Part shown: one piece after another, positions 28,947-37,042 of the stretch
Layout: every line of letters begins with the position of its first letter
Position numbering within the stretch: position 1 is the stretch's first letter
NCBI GenBank assembly: GCA_041651155.1
Contig: JBAZJU010000001.1
Location: forward strand, 167,619 to 231,618
Direction of reading: 5' to 3'
From: Patescibacteria group bacterium
GTDB lineage: Bacteria > Patescibacteriota > Patescibacteriia > CAIXNZ01
Length of the DNA stretch: 64,000 bases
The notes under the pieces: model-generated
Told to the model about the DNA's origin: nothing
Database searches by the model: none
What the model saw: the letters and a program-made list of their open reading frames with translations, nothing else
Program-made: the position numbers and the translations under genes

Positions 28947-29788
28947 TCGGGTTTTTTGGCAAGATGTCTGCTGCCGCAGTGTTCGCAGACAACCATTATT
29001 TCTTCCTGGCGGTTAAATTCCCGATTCAGTTCTTTGGAAATTTTCATGCTTTTTTGGCAGTTGCCGCACCGGAAATAACCTTTGCCCAAAAACTGAAATT
29101 CAGGTCCGTCTTTGATGCCGACTGAAAATAAATACTCCAGCCAGGCGGCAATTGCAAGAACGTAAGATTGCCAGTTGCCCTCGAAATTTCTCCACAGCCT
29201 GTCAATCAGCTTTTCCTGTTTTTCGTTTCTGGCTTTTTTGGATGCATCCCAGTAGGTTTTTACACTGGGGACAGCGACAGACTCCATCAAGGTAATAGTT
29301 TCCTTGAGGCCAAGCTCATCACTGAGTATTTGTTGCGCTAATTTTTCAATTTCATGCGCAGTCTCAAGATTGTCAATGTGGCGCAGGATGGGCGCATAAA
29401 AGTCGCGTTCTTTTTCTTCGGCTGTTTTTTGCTTGGCTGTCAGGTTTTCTATAAGCCTGACTTTAAGCACTCCCCGGTGAGGATTTTCAGGCAGAGTATC
29501 TTGAATCACACGACAGCGCCATTCTTCCTCATCTCGCGGTAAATAACCTTCCCAGTTTACGGCTTTTTCCGGCCCGTAGCCATAGATAAAAACTATTTTT
29601 GTTCTGGCCGGATCATGTTTGGCAGAATCCTGCTTTACAATACCTTTAATTTGGGTTTCCTCTGCGCGATAAAAAACAACTGTAACGATTTCATCTTCCT
29701 GAGGTTGGGGTCTCATTTTTTCTTTTCCTCGGTATTCAGAAAAGGGTTCTACGACTCCATTTTCCCCAATTCCATACACTTCCATCAC
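28943..29788 (-). CDS. hypothetical protein with C-terminal CxxC..CxxC zinc ribbon; visibly GC-richer than neighbours
   Basis: CGNCQKS..CEHCGS; no family recognised. Confidence 0.4.
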   Translation of the reverse strand: MMEVYGIGENGVVEPFSEYRGKEKMRPQPQEDEIVTVVFYRAEETQIKGIVKQDSAKHDPARTKIVFIYGYGPEKAVNWEGYLPRDEEEWRCRVIQDTLPENPHRGVLKVRLIENLTAKQKTAEEKERDFYAPILRHIDNLETAHEIEKLAQQILSDELGLKETITLMESVAVPSVKTYWDASKKARNEKQEKLIDRLWRNFEGNWQSYVLAIAAWLEYLFSVGIKDGPEFQFLGKGYFRCGNCQKSMKISKELNREFNRQEEIMVVCEHCGSRHLAKKPE

Positions 29789-29849
29789 TTCCTCCTTAAA
29801 TTAATTTTAAATTTACGATTTTTTAGTATAGCAAGATTTTTTTAAACTG

Positions 29850-29888
29850 TCAATGATTATTAATAATTTGATCATTAATAATTATTGC
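29850..29888. promoter_or_regulatory. direct repeat of TGATYATTAATAAT in the upstream region of the 28943-29788 gene (operator-like)
   Basis: atgattattaataat / tgatcattaataattatt read directly. Confidence 0.3.
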
Positions 29889-29896
29889 TTAAATAA

Positions 29897-29930
29897 AAAG
29901 AACATGCCACTCTTGGCATGTTCTTTCTCT
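29897..29930. terminator. hairpin gaacatgccactcttggcatgttc (shares the tgccactcttggca core with the hairpin at 30229-30262)
   Basis: A-run upstream and T-rich downstream, so bidirectional terminator-like. Confidence 0.5.
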
Positions 29931-29932
29931 TG

Positions 29933-30164
29933 TGACCCGGCCCCAAAGGGGAGCCTTCGGCTTTGGGGTAGGATGTTTCGTTTTTGATTTATTTATGACC
30001 CGGCCCCAAAGGGGAGCCTTCGGCTCTGGGGTAGGATATTTCGTTTTTGATTTATTTGTGACCCGGCCCCAAAGGGGAGCCTTCGGCTCTGGGGTAGGAT
30101 ATTTCGTTTTTGATTTATTTGTGACCCGGCCCCAAAGGGGAGCCTTCGGCTCTGGGGTTCGAAC
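29933..30164 (-). repeat. tandem array of 4 x 63 bp: decayed tRNA 3'-end remnants each carrying GC hairpins (gagccttcggctc, ccccaaagggg)
   Basis: Units start at 29933, 29996, 30059 and 30122. On the minus strand each ends CCGGGTCA, identical to the tRNA-Lys acceptor 3' end; unit 4 additionally retains a GTTCGAA T-loop. Confidence 0.8.
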
Positions 30165-30198
30165 TCCCACCTTCGCTTTGCTACTGCGGGCAGGCAGG
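30165..30198. repeat. inverted repeat, left arm (partner at 30416-30452), flanking tRNA-Lys
   Basis: tcccaccttcgctttgctactgcgggcaggcagg versus the reverse complement of 30416-30452, gctcccgccttcgcaccttgtgctatggcgggcaggcag. Confidence 0.65.
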
Positions 30199-30228
30199 AC
30201 TAATACATTTTCATTAAAACAGAGGGTC

Positions 30229-30262
30229 TAAAAAAGCTTGCCACTCTTGGCAAGCTTTTTAA
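30229..30262. terminator. bidirectional intrinsic terminator downstream of tRNA-Lys
   Basis: aaaaaagcttgccactcttggcaagcttttt. Confidence 0.7.
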
Positions 30263-30265
30263 ATA

Positions 30266-30338
30266 TGACCCGGCTGGGGTTCGAACCCAGGACCCTCTGC
30301 TTAAAAGGCAGATGCTCTACCAGCTGAGCTACCGAGTC
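30266..30338 (-). tRNA. tRNA-Lys (anticodon UUU)
   Basis: Minus-strand sequence GACTCGGTAGCTCAGCTGGTAGAGCATCTGCCTTTTAAGCAGAGGGTCCTGGGTTCGAACCCCAGCCGGGTCA folds as a canonical cloverleaf; no CCA encoded. Confidence 0.9.
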
Positions 30339-30415
30339 GTATATGTAATTTTATAACTTCTCATTATTAAAAGTAAAGGTAGCGAAGCTGGCTGTCAATC
30401 ATAAATAATTTAAAG

Positions 30416-30452
30416 CTGCCTGCCCGCCATAGCACAAGGTGCGAAGGCGGGA
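30416..30452. repeat. inverted repeat, right arm (partner at 30165-30198)
   Basis: See left arm. Confidence 0.65.
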
Positions 30453-30466
30453 GCTACCAAGTCGTA
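30453..30466 (-). pseudogene. tRNA 5' fragment (acceptor plus D-stem 5' strand, GACTTGGTAGCTC), similar to the tRNA-Lys 5' end
   Basis: The reverse complement of 30453-30466 resembles GACTCGGTAGCTC of tRNA-Lys; the rest of that tRNA is absent. Confidence 0.35.
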
Positions 30467-30575
30467 AAAATTTAAAATGCAAAATGCAAAGTTTAAAGTT
30501 ACAGTTTTAAATTAAAAATTTTTAATTTTTGTTTGTAATTTTTAATTTCGCATTTTGAATTTTTAATTTTTTTGT

Positions 30576-30647
30576 TGCGGGGGCCGGACTTGAACCGGCG
30601 ACCTCCAGGTTATGGGCCTGGCGAGCTGCCAACTGCTCTACCCCGCG
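30576..30647 (-). tRNA. tRNA-Met (anticodon CAU); C1·A72 mismatch suggests initiator tRNA-fMet
   Basis: CGCGGGGTAGAGCAGTTGGCAGCTCGCCAGGCCCATAACCTGGAGGTCGCCGGTTCAAGTCCGGCCCCCGCAA; the anticodon loop is CCCAUAA with C at position 33, which is unusual. A tRNA-Ile2 (lysidine) role cannot be excluded. Confidence 0.75.
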
Positions 30648-30769
30648 ACGCTGAAATAAAAAATAACCATTTTGTGGTTAATAGAAGCATATCAAAAACA
30701 ACAAAACTTGTTAAGTATAGATTAATACTTTTTTTGAAAATTGTCAAGATTTTTGCTATAATTTAAAAT

Positions 30770-33193
30770 ATGCATCAAGGATTAAGCAGCAAAAAAGTTA
30801 AAATATTACAAAGGAAATACGGCTTAAATTTAATTTTAGCCAAGGAGAAACCGTCTTGGCTGATTATTTTATGGTCGCAAGTAAAAAGTCCTTTAACTTA
30901 TATTTTAGTCCTGGTTGGCTTAATTTCCATAATTTTGGGTGAATATATCAATGCTATCCTTGTTTTGGTTGTTACTGCGTTAAATGTATTGATTGGTTTT
31001 TTTCAGGAATATAATGCCCAAAAAACTTTGGTGGCTTTGAAAACATATTTAAAACCTTTAGCCATAGTAATGCGCGACAATAAGCGCCAAGAAATAGAGG
31101 CTAAATATTTAGTGCCTGGCGATATTGTGATTTTAAATACTGGTGATAAAGTGCCAGCTGATGGCAAATTGCTGGAATGCCAAAATCTTTTGGTTAGCGA
31201 AGCGATTTTGACCGGCGAGGCAGAAGCAGTTGAAAAAAAATTAAGTCCTGACAGCAGCCGGCTTTTTATGGGCACCAGCGTTTTGCTTGGCCATGGCATA
31301 ATGCGAGTGGAGAAAATAGGGACTGAAACTGAAATTGGAAAAATTGGGCAGTCGCTTGCTGAGATCAAAGAAGCTAAAACTCCGATTCAAATTAAATTGG
31401 AGAATTTTTCTAAATCATTGGCAAAATTAATTTTAGTTATTTGTTTTTTTATTTTAGTTTTAGGTTTGTCTTACGGAGAGAATTTTTTAAAAATGTTAGA
31501 GGTGGCAATTGTTTTGTCAGTATCTGCCATCCCTGAAGCCTTGCCAATTGCTATTACAGTAATCATGGCTTTGGGTATGAGAAGAGTTTTGCAACGTCAT
31601 GGTTTAGTTAAAAAATTAATTTCCATTGAAACTTTGGGCTCAACTTCTATTATTTGTACTGATAAAACAGGCACTTTGACAGAGGGGAACATGAGAATAA
31701 TTAAAGCCGATTTAGCAGATAAAAAATTGGCGACTTTAGGTTTGATTTTAACAAATAACCAAAAAAGCAATGTGGAAGTAGGATTGTGGGAATATGCAAA
31801 ACAAAATAGCAAGCAAGATCCGGTTCAAATTTTGGAAAAATATCCGCGCCTGGAAGAAGAAATTTTTGATCCGGCTAAGAAATATTCCCTGACTATAAAT
31901 AATATTGAGGATAAGCGCTATGCATTTATTTTGGGCGCGCCAGACATTATTATTAATTTTTGCGCTTTAGGCGAACAAGAACGGAAAGAGCATTTGAAGC
32001 AAATTGAAACCTGGGCAGATGAAGGCTTGAAAATTATTGCCTTGATTTACAAAGAAGAAAATGATTTGCAAGACAAAAAAGATTTTATCTGGCTTGGTTT
32101 GTTTGGGATCGCAGATCCAATCCGCAAAGAAGCCAGGGAAATGATAAGCATTGCCCATAAGGCCGGAATTGAAGTTAAAATTGTGACCGGGGATTACCGC
32201 CTGACAGCTGAAAGAGTGGCTAAAAATTTAGGCTTTAAAATAACCGGTAATAGTGTGCTTGAAGGCCGAGAATTGGAAGTTTTAACTGGCCATAATTTAA
32301 TTAAGGCAGTTAAAAATGCAGTTGTTTTTACCAGGGTTACGCCTTTGCAAAAATTAAAAATTGTTTCAATCTTACAGCAGGAAGGGGAGATTGTAGCCAT
32401 GACTGGAGATGGCGTTAATGATGCGCCAGCTTTAAAAAAAGCCAATATTGGCGTGGTAGTTGGCAGCGCCACAGAAGTCGCCAAAGAAACAGCGGATCTA
32501 ATTTTGCTGGATAATAATTTTAAAACTATTGTCGCTGCAATTGAAGAAGGCCGTTTGATTATCGCTAATATAAAAAAGGTCGTCGGTTATGTCCTATCCA
32601 ATTCTTTTGCCGCTATAACTCTTATTTTTTCAGCCATGCTTTTAAATTTACCGGCGCCTTTAACTGTTGTCCAGATTTTATGGATAAATTTAATCTGTGA
32701 TGGCCCGCCTGATTTAGTTCTGGGATTTGAACCAAAAGAAAGGGGCTTAATGCTGGAAAAACCTAAAGATTTGAACAAGGAAAATATTTTGAGTAAATAT
32801 ATGAAGTTTTTAATTTTTGCAGTCAGCTTGACAATTGGTTTAATGGCGTTAGGTGTTTTTATCTATTATTATAAAACAGCCAATAATTTACTTTTGGCGC
32901 GAACAATAACTTTTGCCGCTTTTTCTTTGGTTAGCTTGGTTTACTTGTTTTCCTTTAAAAATTTAAAGAAATTTGTTTTGGCCAGTGAAAATTTATTTAC
33001 CAACCCTTATCTTTACCTCTCGGTATTATATGGCTTAATTTTAATTTTTGCCTCAGTTTATCTGCCCAGTTTAAACAAAGCTTTGGGCACGGTTCCTTTA
33101 GCAGTCCAACATTGGTTTTGGGTAATTTTAATCGCTTTGGCTGCCACAGCCTGGGTGGAAATAGTTAAATATTTTAGCAAAAAGAAAATATAA
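30770..33193 (+). CDS. cation-transporting P-type ATPase (P2-type)
   Basis: DKTGTLT phosphorylation site, TGDGVNDAPAL, PEALP; 807 aa with 8-10 TM helices. Confidence 0.9.
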   Translation: MHQGLSSKKVKILQRKYGLNLILAKEKPSWLIILWSQVKSPLTYILVLVGLISIILGEYINAILVLVVTALNVLIGFFQEYNAQKTLVALKTYLKPLAIVMRDNKRQEIEAKYLVPGDIVILNTGDKVPADGKLLECQNLLVSEAILTGEAEAVEKKLSPDSSRLFMGTSVLLGHGIMRVEKIGTETEIGKIGQSLAEIKEAKTPIQIKLENFSKSLAKLILVICFFILVLGLSYGENFLKMLEVAIVLSVSAIPEALPIAITVIMALGMRRVLQRHGLVKKLISIETLGSTSIICTDKTGTLTEGNMRIIKADLADKKLATLGLILTNNQKSNVEVGLWEYAKQNSKQDPVQILEKYPRLEEEIFDPAKKYSLTINNIEDKRYAFILGAPDIIINFCALGEQERKEHLKQIETWADEGLKIIALIYKEENDLQDKKDFIWLGLFGIADPIRKEAREMISIAHKAGIEVKIVTGDYRLTAERVAKNLGFKITGNSVLEGRELEVLTGHNLIKAVKNAVVFTRVTPLQKLKIVSILQQEGEIVAMTGDGVNDAPALKKANIGVVVGSATEVAKETADLILLDNNFKTIVAAIEEGRLIIANIKKVVGYVLSNSFAAITLIFSAMLLNLPAPLTVVQILWINLICDGPPDLVLGFEPKERGLMLEKPKDLNKENILSKYMKFLIFAVSLTIGLMALGVFIYYYKTANNLLLARTITFAAFSLVSLVYLFSFKNLKKFVLASENLFTNPYLYLSVLYGLILIFASVYLPSLNKALGTVPLAVQHWFWVILIALAATAWVEIVKYFSKKKI

Positions 33194-33202
33194 ATTTAAA
33201 AA

Positions 33203-33236
33203 AGGCCGATTCCGTGTTGCGGAACCGGCTTTTTTA
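33203..33236. terminator. bidirectional intrinsic terminator
   Basis: aaggccgattccgtgttgcggaaccggctttttt. Confidence 0.6.
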
Positions 33237-33246
33237 TTGGGACAAA

Positions 33247-33369
33247 TTATCTGCAGCCATGGCAGCCGGAACATTGACGACAAACAACTTCCCATTTGTC
33301 ACGTAATGGCCGCCAGATAAAGTCCAGTCCTTTTACATGTTTGTAATAGGGCTTTTGATATTTTCTCAT
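33247..33369 (-). CDS. small Cys-rich protein (40 aa) with strong Shine-Dalgarno
   Basis: aaggagg lies 7 nt upstream of the ATG; MRKYQKPYYKHVKGLDFIWRPLRDKWEVVCRQCSGCHGCR. Below the ORF-track length cutoff. Confidence 0.35.
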   Translation of the reverse strand: MRKYQKPYYKHVKGLDFIWRPLRDKWEVVCRQCSGCHGCR

Positions 33370-33565
33370 TTTCTGTCCTCCTTAATTTAATAATAAATAC
33401 ATAATTGCTTTTAGTCAACCTCGCTTTTTGCGAAGTGAAGTGCAGGATCAAGGTTGATTTGGCTAAATAATTATGTTAGAATGCTTATATCTTTAATTGA
33501 AACGAATATACTAATCTCATACTAATGATACTAATATTTATTACTTTTTTGATTAGTATTATTAG

Positions 33566-33585
33566 CCTGCCTGCCGGCAGGCAGG
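33566..33585. repeat. GC-rich perfect palindrome cctgcctgccggcaggcagg (copy of 20711-20730)
   Basis: Read directly; flanked by an AT-rich dyad of tactaat / attagta words. Confidence 0.8.
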
Positions 33586-33611
33586 CAAAATATTAGTAAA
33601 TTAGTATCCTT

Positions 33612-34931
33612 ATGAAAGCATTACTCAAAAAATTAATACCAAGAAATTTAATTCTGAAATTCCATAAAGCGGAAGCTGTTATGGCTAATTATCGTTATGG
33701 CTTTCCATCCAACGAATTGATTGTGATTGGCGTAACCGGCACCAATGGCAAATCAACAACTTGCAATTTAATTGCCAAGATCTTGGAAGAAAGCGGGGCC
33801 AAAGTCGGCTTAATGACCACGGTTAATTTTAAAATTGCCGGCCAGGAATGGTTAAATGATACGCACATGACCATGCAGGGCAGAGTTACTTTGCAAAAAA
33901 TGCTGTGGCAAATGGTTAAAGCCGGCTGTCAGTATGCAATCATAGAAACTTCGTCTGAGGGAATTATGCAGCACAGAAATTGGGGGATTAATTATGATGT
34001 GGCCGTCTTTACCAATTTAACTCCGGAGCATATAGAAGCCCATGGCTCGTTTGAAAATTATAAAAAAGCTAAAGGAACATTATTCGCCAATTTATTTAAA
34101 TTTCGCCGTAAGAAAATTAATGGCCAGCTAATCCCCAAAACTTCAGTGGTTAATTTAGATGACGAACATTGGCAGTATTATTTTGATTTCTCAGCTGATA
34201 AAAAATACCTTTATGCCATTAACCACCAGGGTAAATTACCAGAGGCAGAAGTGCTGAGGGCAGGGGATATTTCCTTAAAAATGGATGGCACATTTTTCAG
34301 AATCGGGCTTGATGATATACAGACCAATTTAATCGGTAATTTTAATGTTTATAATTGTTTAGCTGCGATTTGCGTAGCGCGTAATTTTGGCATCTCAATG
34401 GAGCAATGTAAACAAGCCTTGGTTAAAGTGACCGGCGTGCCTGGCAGAATGGAAGCCATTAATGAAGGCCAGAATTTCAATGTTTTAATTGATTACGCGC
34501 ATGATCCGGCATCTTTTGCCATTATTTTTGAAACAATAAAATTTTTTCCTAAAAAAAGAATTATTCATGTCTTTGGTTCAGCCGGCGGCGTGCGCGATCA
34601 TGTTAAACGTCCGGTTTTGGGCAAACTTTCTGGACAGCATGCTGACGTGACAATTATTACTGATGAGGATTCTTATGATGAACCGACAGAGAAGATTTTA
34701 AATGAAATTGCAGCTGGTGCGATTGAGGCAGGGAAAATTGCCAATGAAAATTTATTTAAAATTCCTGATCGCCGCGAGGCCATAAAATTTGCCTGCCAGA
34801 TGGCACAAGCAGGGGATTTGGTTTTGATTACTGGCAAGGGCACTGAACAAAGCATTAAATCAAATGGGCAGGAAATGCCATGGGATGATCGGTATGTAAC
34901 GAGGGAGGTTTTGAAAGAAATTCTTGGTTAA
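33612..34931 (+). CDS. murE: UDP-N-acetylmuramoyl-tripeptide ligase
   Basis: GVTGTNGKSTT; Mur ligase central and C-terminal domains. Confidence 0.85.
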   Translation: MKALLKKLIPRNLILKFHKAEAVMANYRYGFPSNELIVIGVTGTNGKSTTCNLIAKILEESGAKVGLMTTVNFKIAGQEWLNDTHMTMQGRVTLQKMLWQMVKAGCQYAIIETSSEGIMQHRNWGINYDVAVFTNLTPEHIEAHGSFENYKKAKGTLFANLFKFRRKKINGQLIPKTSVVNLDDEHWQYYFDFSADKKYLYAINHQGKLPEAEVLRAGDISLKMDGTFFRIGLDDIQTNLIGNFNVYNCLAAICVARNFGISMEQCKQALVKVTGVPGRMEAINEGQNFNVLIDYAHDPASFAIIFETIKFFPKKRIIHVFGSAGGVRDHVKRPVLGKLSGQHADVTIITDEDSYDEPTEKILNEIAAGAIEAGKIANENLFKIPDRREAIKFACQMAQAGDLVLITGKGTEQSIKSNGQEMPWDDRYVTREVLKEILG

Positions 34932-35026
34932 TTCCGGATGACGAAAGCCGAAATCTGAATTATTAATAATTTGCTTGATATTTAATTTTAAGTTATAATA
35001 AAGATGATTTAAATTAAATTTATTTT

Positions 35027-35371
35027 ATGGAAGAAAAAGATTTAAAACAAATTAAAGAAGTTGTAGACCAATCTTTTGAAGATAAATTTGGTCAAATTTG
35101 GGATAAGAATCTCTCTCCTGCTTTAGACGTTGTTTGTGAGAGATTAGATAAGGTTGATCAAAGGTTAAATAGCGTAGAATCGCAAATGGTAACAAAGTCT
35201 TATCTGGATGACAAATTAGCAGATTTGGAAGGCGGGGTAATTTCTAAACTTAGGAAAGAAGATGAAAAGGTGAATAGAATAATTTCTTTATTGAAAAAGC
35301 ATAAAGTTGTGCCATCAGCAGATTTGGAAGATTTGGATAATTTGCAGATTTTTCCCAGAATTCAGGTTTAG
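35027..35371 (+). CDS. hypothetical coiled-coil protein
   Basis: ORF only. Confidence 0.3.
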   Translation: MEEKDLKQIKEVVDQSFEDKFGQIWDKNLSPALDVVCERLDKVDQRLNSVESQMVTKSYLDDKLADLEGGVISKLRKEDEKVNRIISLLKKHKVVPSADLEDLDNLQIFPRIQV

Positions 35372-35400
35372 AGTCTTTTGATTTAGGTTAAATTATAGTC

Positions 35401-35665
35401 GCCAGGCAATGGGCGATTTTTTGATTGGTAATGTGATTCTCCGACGAAGAAGCGATTGGCCAATCGCTCCTTCAATGCGGGGGAATTAATCAAAAAATCG
35501 CCTGTTAAAATTTATACCCCACTTTCTTGTCCGCTCGCCTCGGCGAAGCGGGCCAAAGCATAACGACAGCGGAAGTGGGTTTTTTATTTGGCCTGCTAAA
35601 GCAGTGTATAATTTTGTAAATAAAAAATCCTGAACCATATTGGGTCCAGGATATAAGAGCCGCGA
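35401..35665 (+). repeat. ~265-bp structured multi-hairpin element, copy 1 (candidate structured ncRNA / terminator-associated repeat)
   Basis: Nested long hairpin (caggcgattttttgattgg .. ccaatcaaaaaatcgcctg around the palindrome gaagaagcgattgg/ccaatcgcttcttc). GC-rich core gtccgctcgcctcggcgaagcgggccaaagc closed by cccacttt/aagtggg plus T-run; two further small hairpins follow. 90% identical to 36755-37017. Confidence 0.8.
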
Positions 35666-35693
35666 CAGGTACTTTGGCTCTATCTTAATTTTT

Positions 35694-35975
35694 TTACTTG
35701 TCGTAATAGCAGATATATGTGGCTGGTTCTGTTGCTTCGAAGATGATGGGATCGCCGACTTTGATATCACAGTCCTGGGATGAAATGGCGCGATATTCAG
35801 TGCCATTGATTGTGATTTTGTTGTGAATAACGGTAATACTTTCAGGGGCTTTGGCGATACCAAAATCGTATTTACCGGGAAGAACAACACCAATTGTTGC
35901 TTTTTTACCCAAGAAAGTGGTAAAGCCCAGCGATTGGACTTGTCCATCAAAGTAAGTATTGTGTTTGATTTCCAT
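35694..35975 (-). CDS. ppnP: pyrimidine/purine nucleoside phosphorylase PpnP (DUF1255 cupin)
   Basis: MEIKHNTYFDGQVQSLGF..GVVLPGKYDFG..YICYY aligns along its length with E. coli YaiE/PpnP. Confidence 0.8.
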   Translation of the reverse strand: MEIKHNTYFDGQVQSLGFTTFLGKKATIGVVLPGKYDFGIAKAPESITVIHNKITINGTEYRAISSQDCDIKVGDPIIFEATEPATYICYYDK

Positions 35976-35986
35976 TCAATCCTCCT

Positions 35987-36343
35987 TTACTTATTATCAA
36001 GATATTTCTTGGCCAGCATTGCCCAGGTCGGATCGCCATAACGAATGATTTTCTCAACTTGCGGCGCCCAGTATTCTAGGCGCATGCGGTAAGGTTCATG
36101 GGTTAAATTATATCCGATTTGGAGCTGTAGCTCGCATTTTTTGGGATTATTGGTCTCACACCAGATATTATAGACGACCATTAATCGGCCGTCTTTTAGC
36201 TGGATAAAATCGCTTTTTTGGACTGAAGCGAGCTCCTTAATAAGGCTCGGATCATATGTGGCTTGACCCTGGCTGTTGCAGCCAACAAGCATACACAGAA
36301 ACAGGGAAAAGATTATTACTGACAAGAGACATCTTTTTTCCAT
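35987..36343 (-). CDS. lipoprotein, unknown function
   Basis: Signal peptide with LVGC lipobox. Confidence 0.45.
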   Translation of the reverse strand: MEKRCLLSVIIFSLFLCMLVGCNSQGQATYDPSLIKELASVQKSDFIQLKDGRLMVVYNIWCETNNPKKCELQLQIGYNLTHEPYRMRLEYWAPQVEKIIRYGDPTWAMLAKKYLDNK

Positions 36344-36367
36344 CTTTTTCTCCTTTCAAAGTTCTTG

Positions 36368-36604
36368 TTATGGTTTTTTGTAAAACCATTGGTAAATACC
36401 GTAAATCCAGCTGCCAGTGTAAACCACATTCATTAACATTATGCCCCATTGATGATTATGATACGTGGTTATGTACCAGAAGGGTTGCGAGGCTAAACCG
36501 CAAACAAAACCCCACTTGTTTTTTCGGGAAATGAGAATTATTGCCAAGATGCCAAAGATACAGATGGCTATTTGGCTTATATTTTCCCAATTAAGATATT
36601 GCAT
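36368..36604 (-). pseudogene. truncated PnuC-like nicotinamide riboside transporter fragment (78 aa; full PnuC is ~190-230 aa)
   Basis: ISRKNKWGFVCGL..WYITTY resembles the PnuC N-terminal helices; the ORF ends after ~2 TM helices. Confidence 0.4.
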
Positions 36605-36754
36605 TTTTAAAGAACCTCCTTGTAGTTTGCCTTAATTTAAGCGCAGATTAGAGATTTTGTCAACCCAGTCTTAATAGTTCAATAGCTTGGAAACGTTTAT
36701 GATAAGATAAAATGGCTACAATTAAAAGTTTTATGAAAGATTAAGTGAAATTTC

Positions 36755-37017
36755 GCCTAGACAGGCGATTTTTTGATTGGCATTTTTTTGACCCGACGAA
36801 GAAGCGATTGCCAATCGCTTCTTCAATGTGGGGGAATTAATCAAAAAATCGCCTGCCAAATTTATGTCCCACTTTCTTGTCCGCTCGCCTCGGCGAAGCG
36901 GGCCAAAGCATAGCGACGGCGGAAGTGAGCTTTTTTATTTGGCCTGCTAAAGCAGGGTATAAATTTTTAAATAAAAAATCCCGAACCACATTGGGTCCAG
37001 GATATAGAGTTGCGGAA
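36755..37017 (+). repeat. ~265-bp structured multi-hairpin element, copy 2
   Basis: Same architecture as 35401-35665; the inner palindrome is perfect here. Confidence 0.8.
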
Positions 37018-37042
37018 AGTCAGCGGTTTTTAGACGGCTGAT

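Noticed and set aside
29933-30164. Possible CRISPR array (regular ~63-bp spacing of a GC-rich repeat)
   Set aside because: The inter-repeat segments are identical in every unit (apart from 1-2 SNPs), so there are no unique spacers. The repeat is a tRNA 3'-end derivative. No cas genes are present.
29889-30231. ORF-track entries 29889-30170(-) and 29932-30231(+), whose proteins are built of perfect 21-aa repeats
   Set aside because: They are translations of the 4 x 63-bp tandem tRNA-remnant array on both strands; the repeat period (63 = 21 codons) creates the open frames. They overlap terminator hairpins and have no start context.
30572-30766. 64-aa ORF on the plus strand
   Set aside because: It lies exactly over tRNA-Met on the opposite strand.
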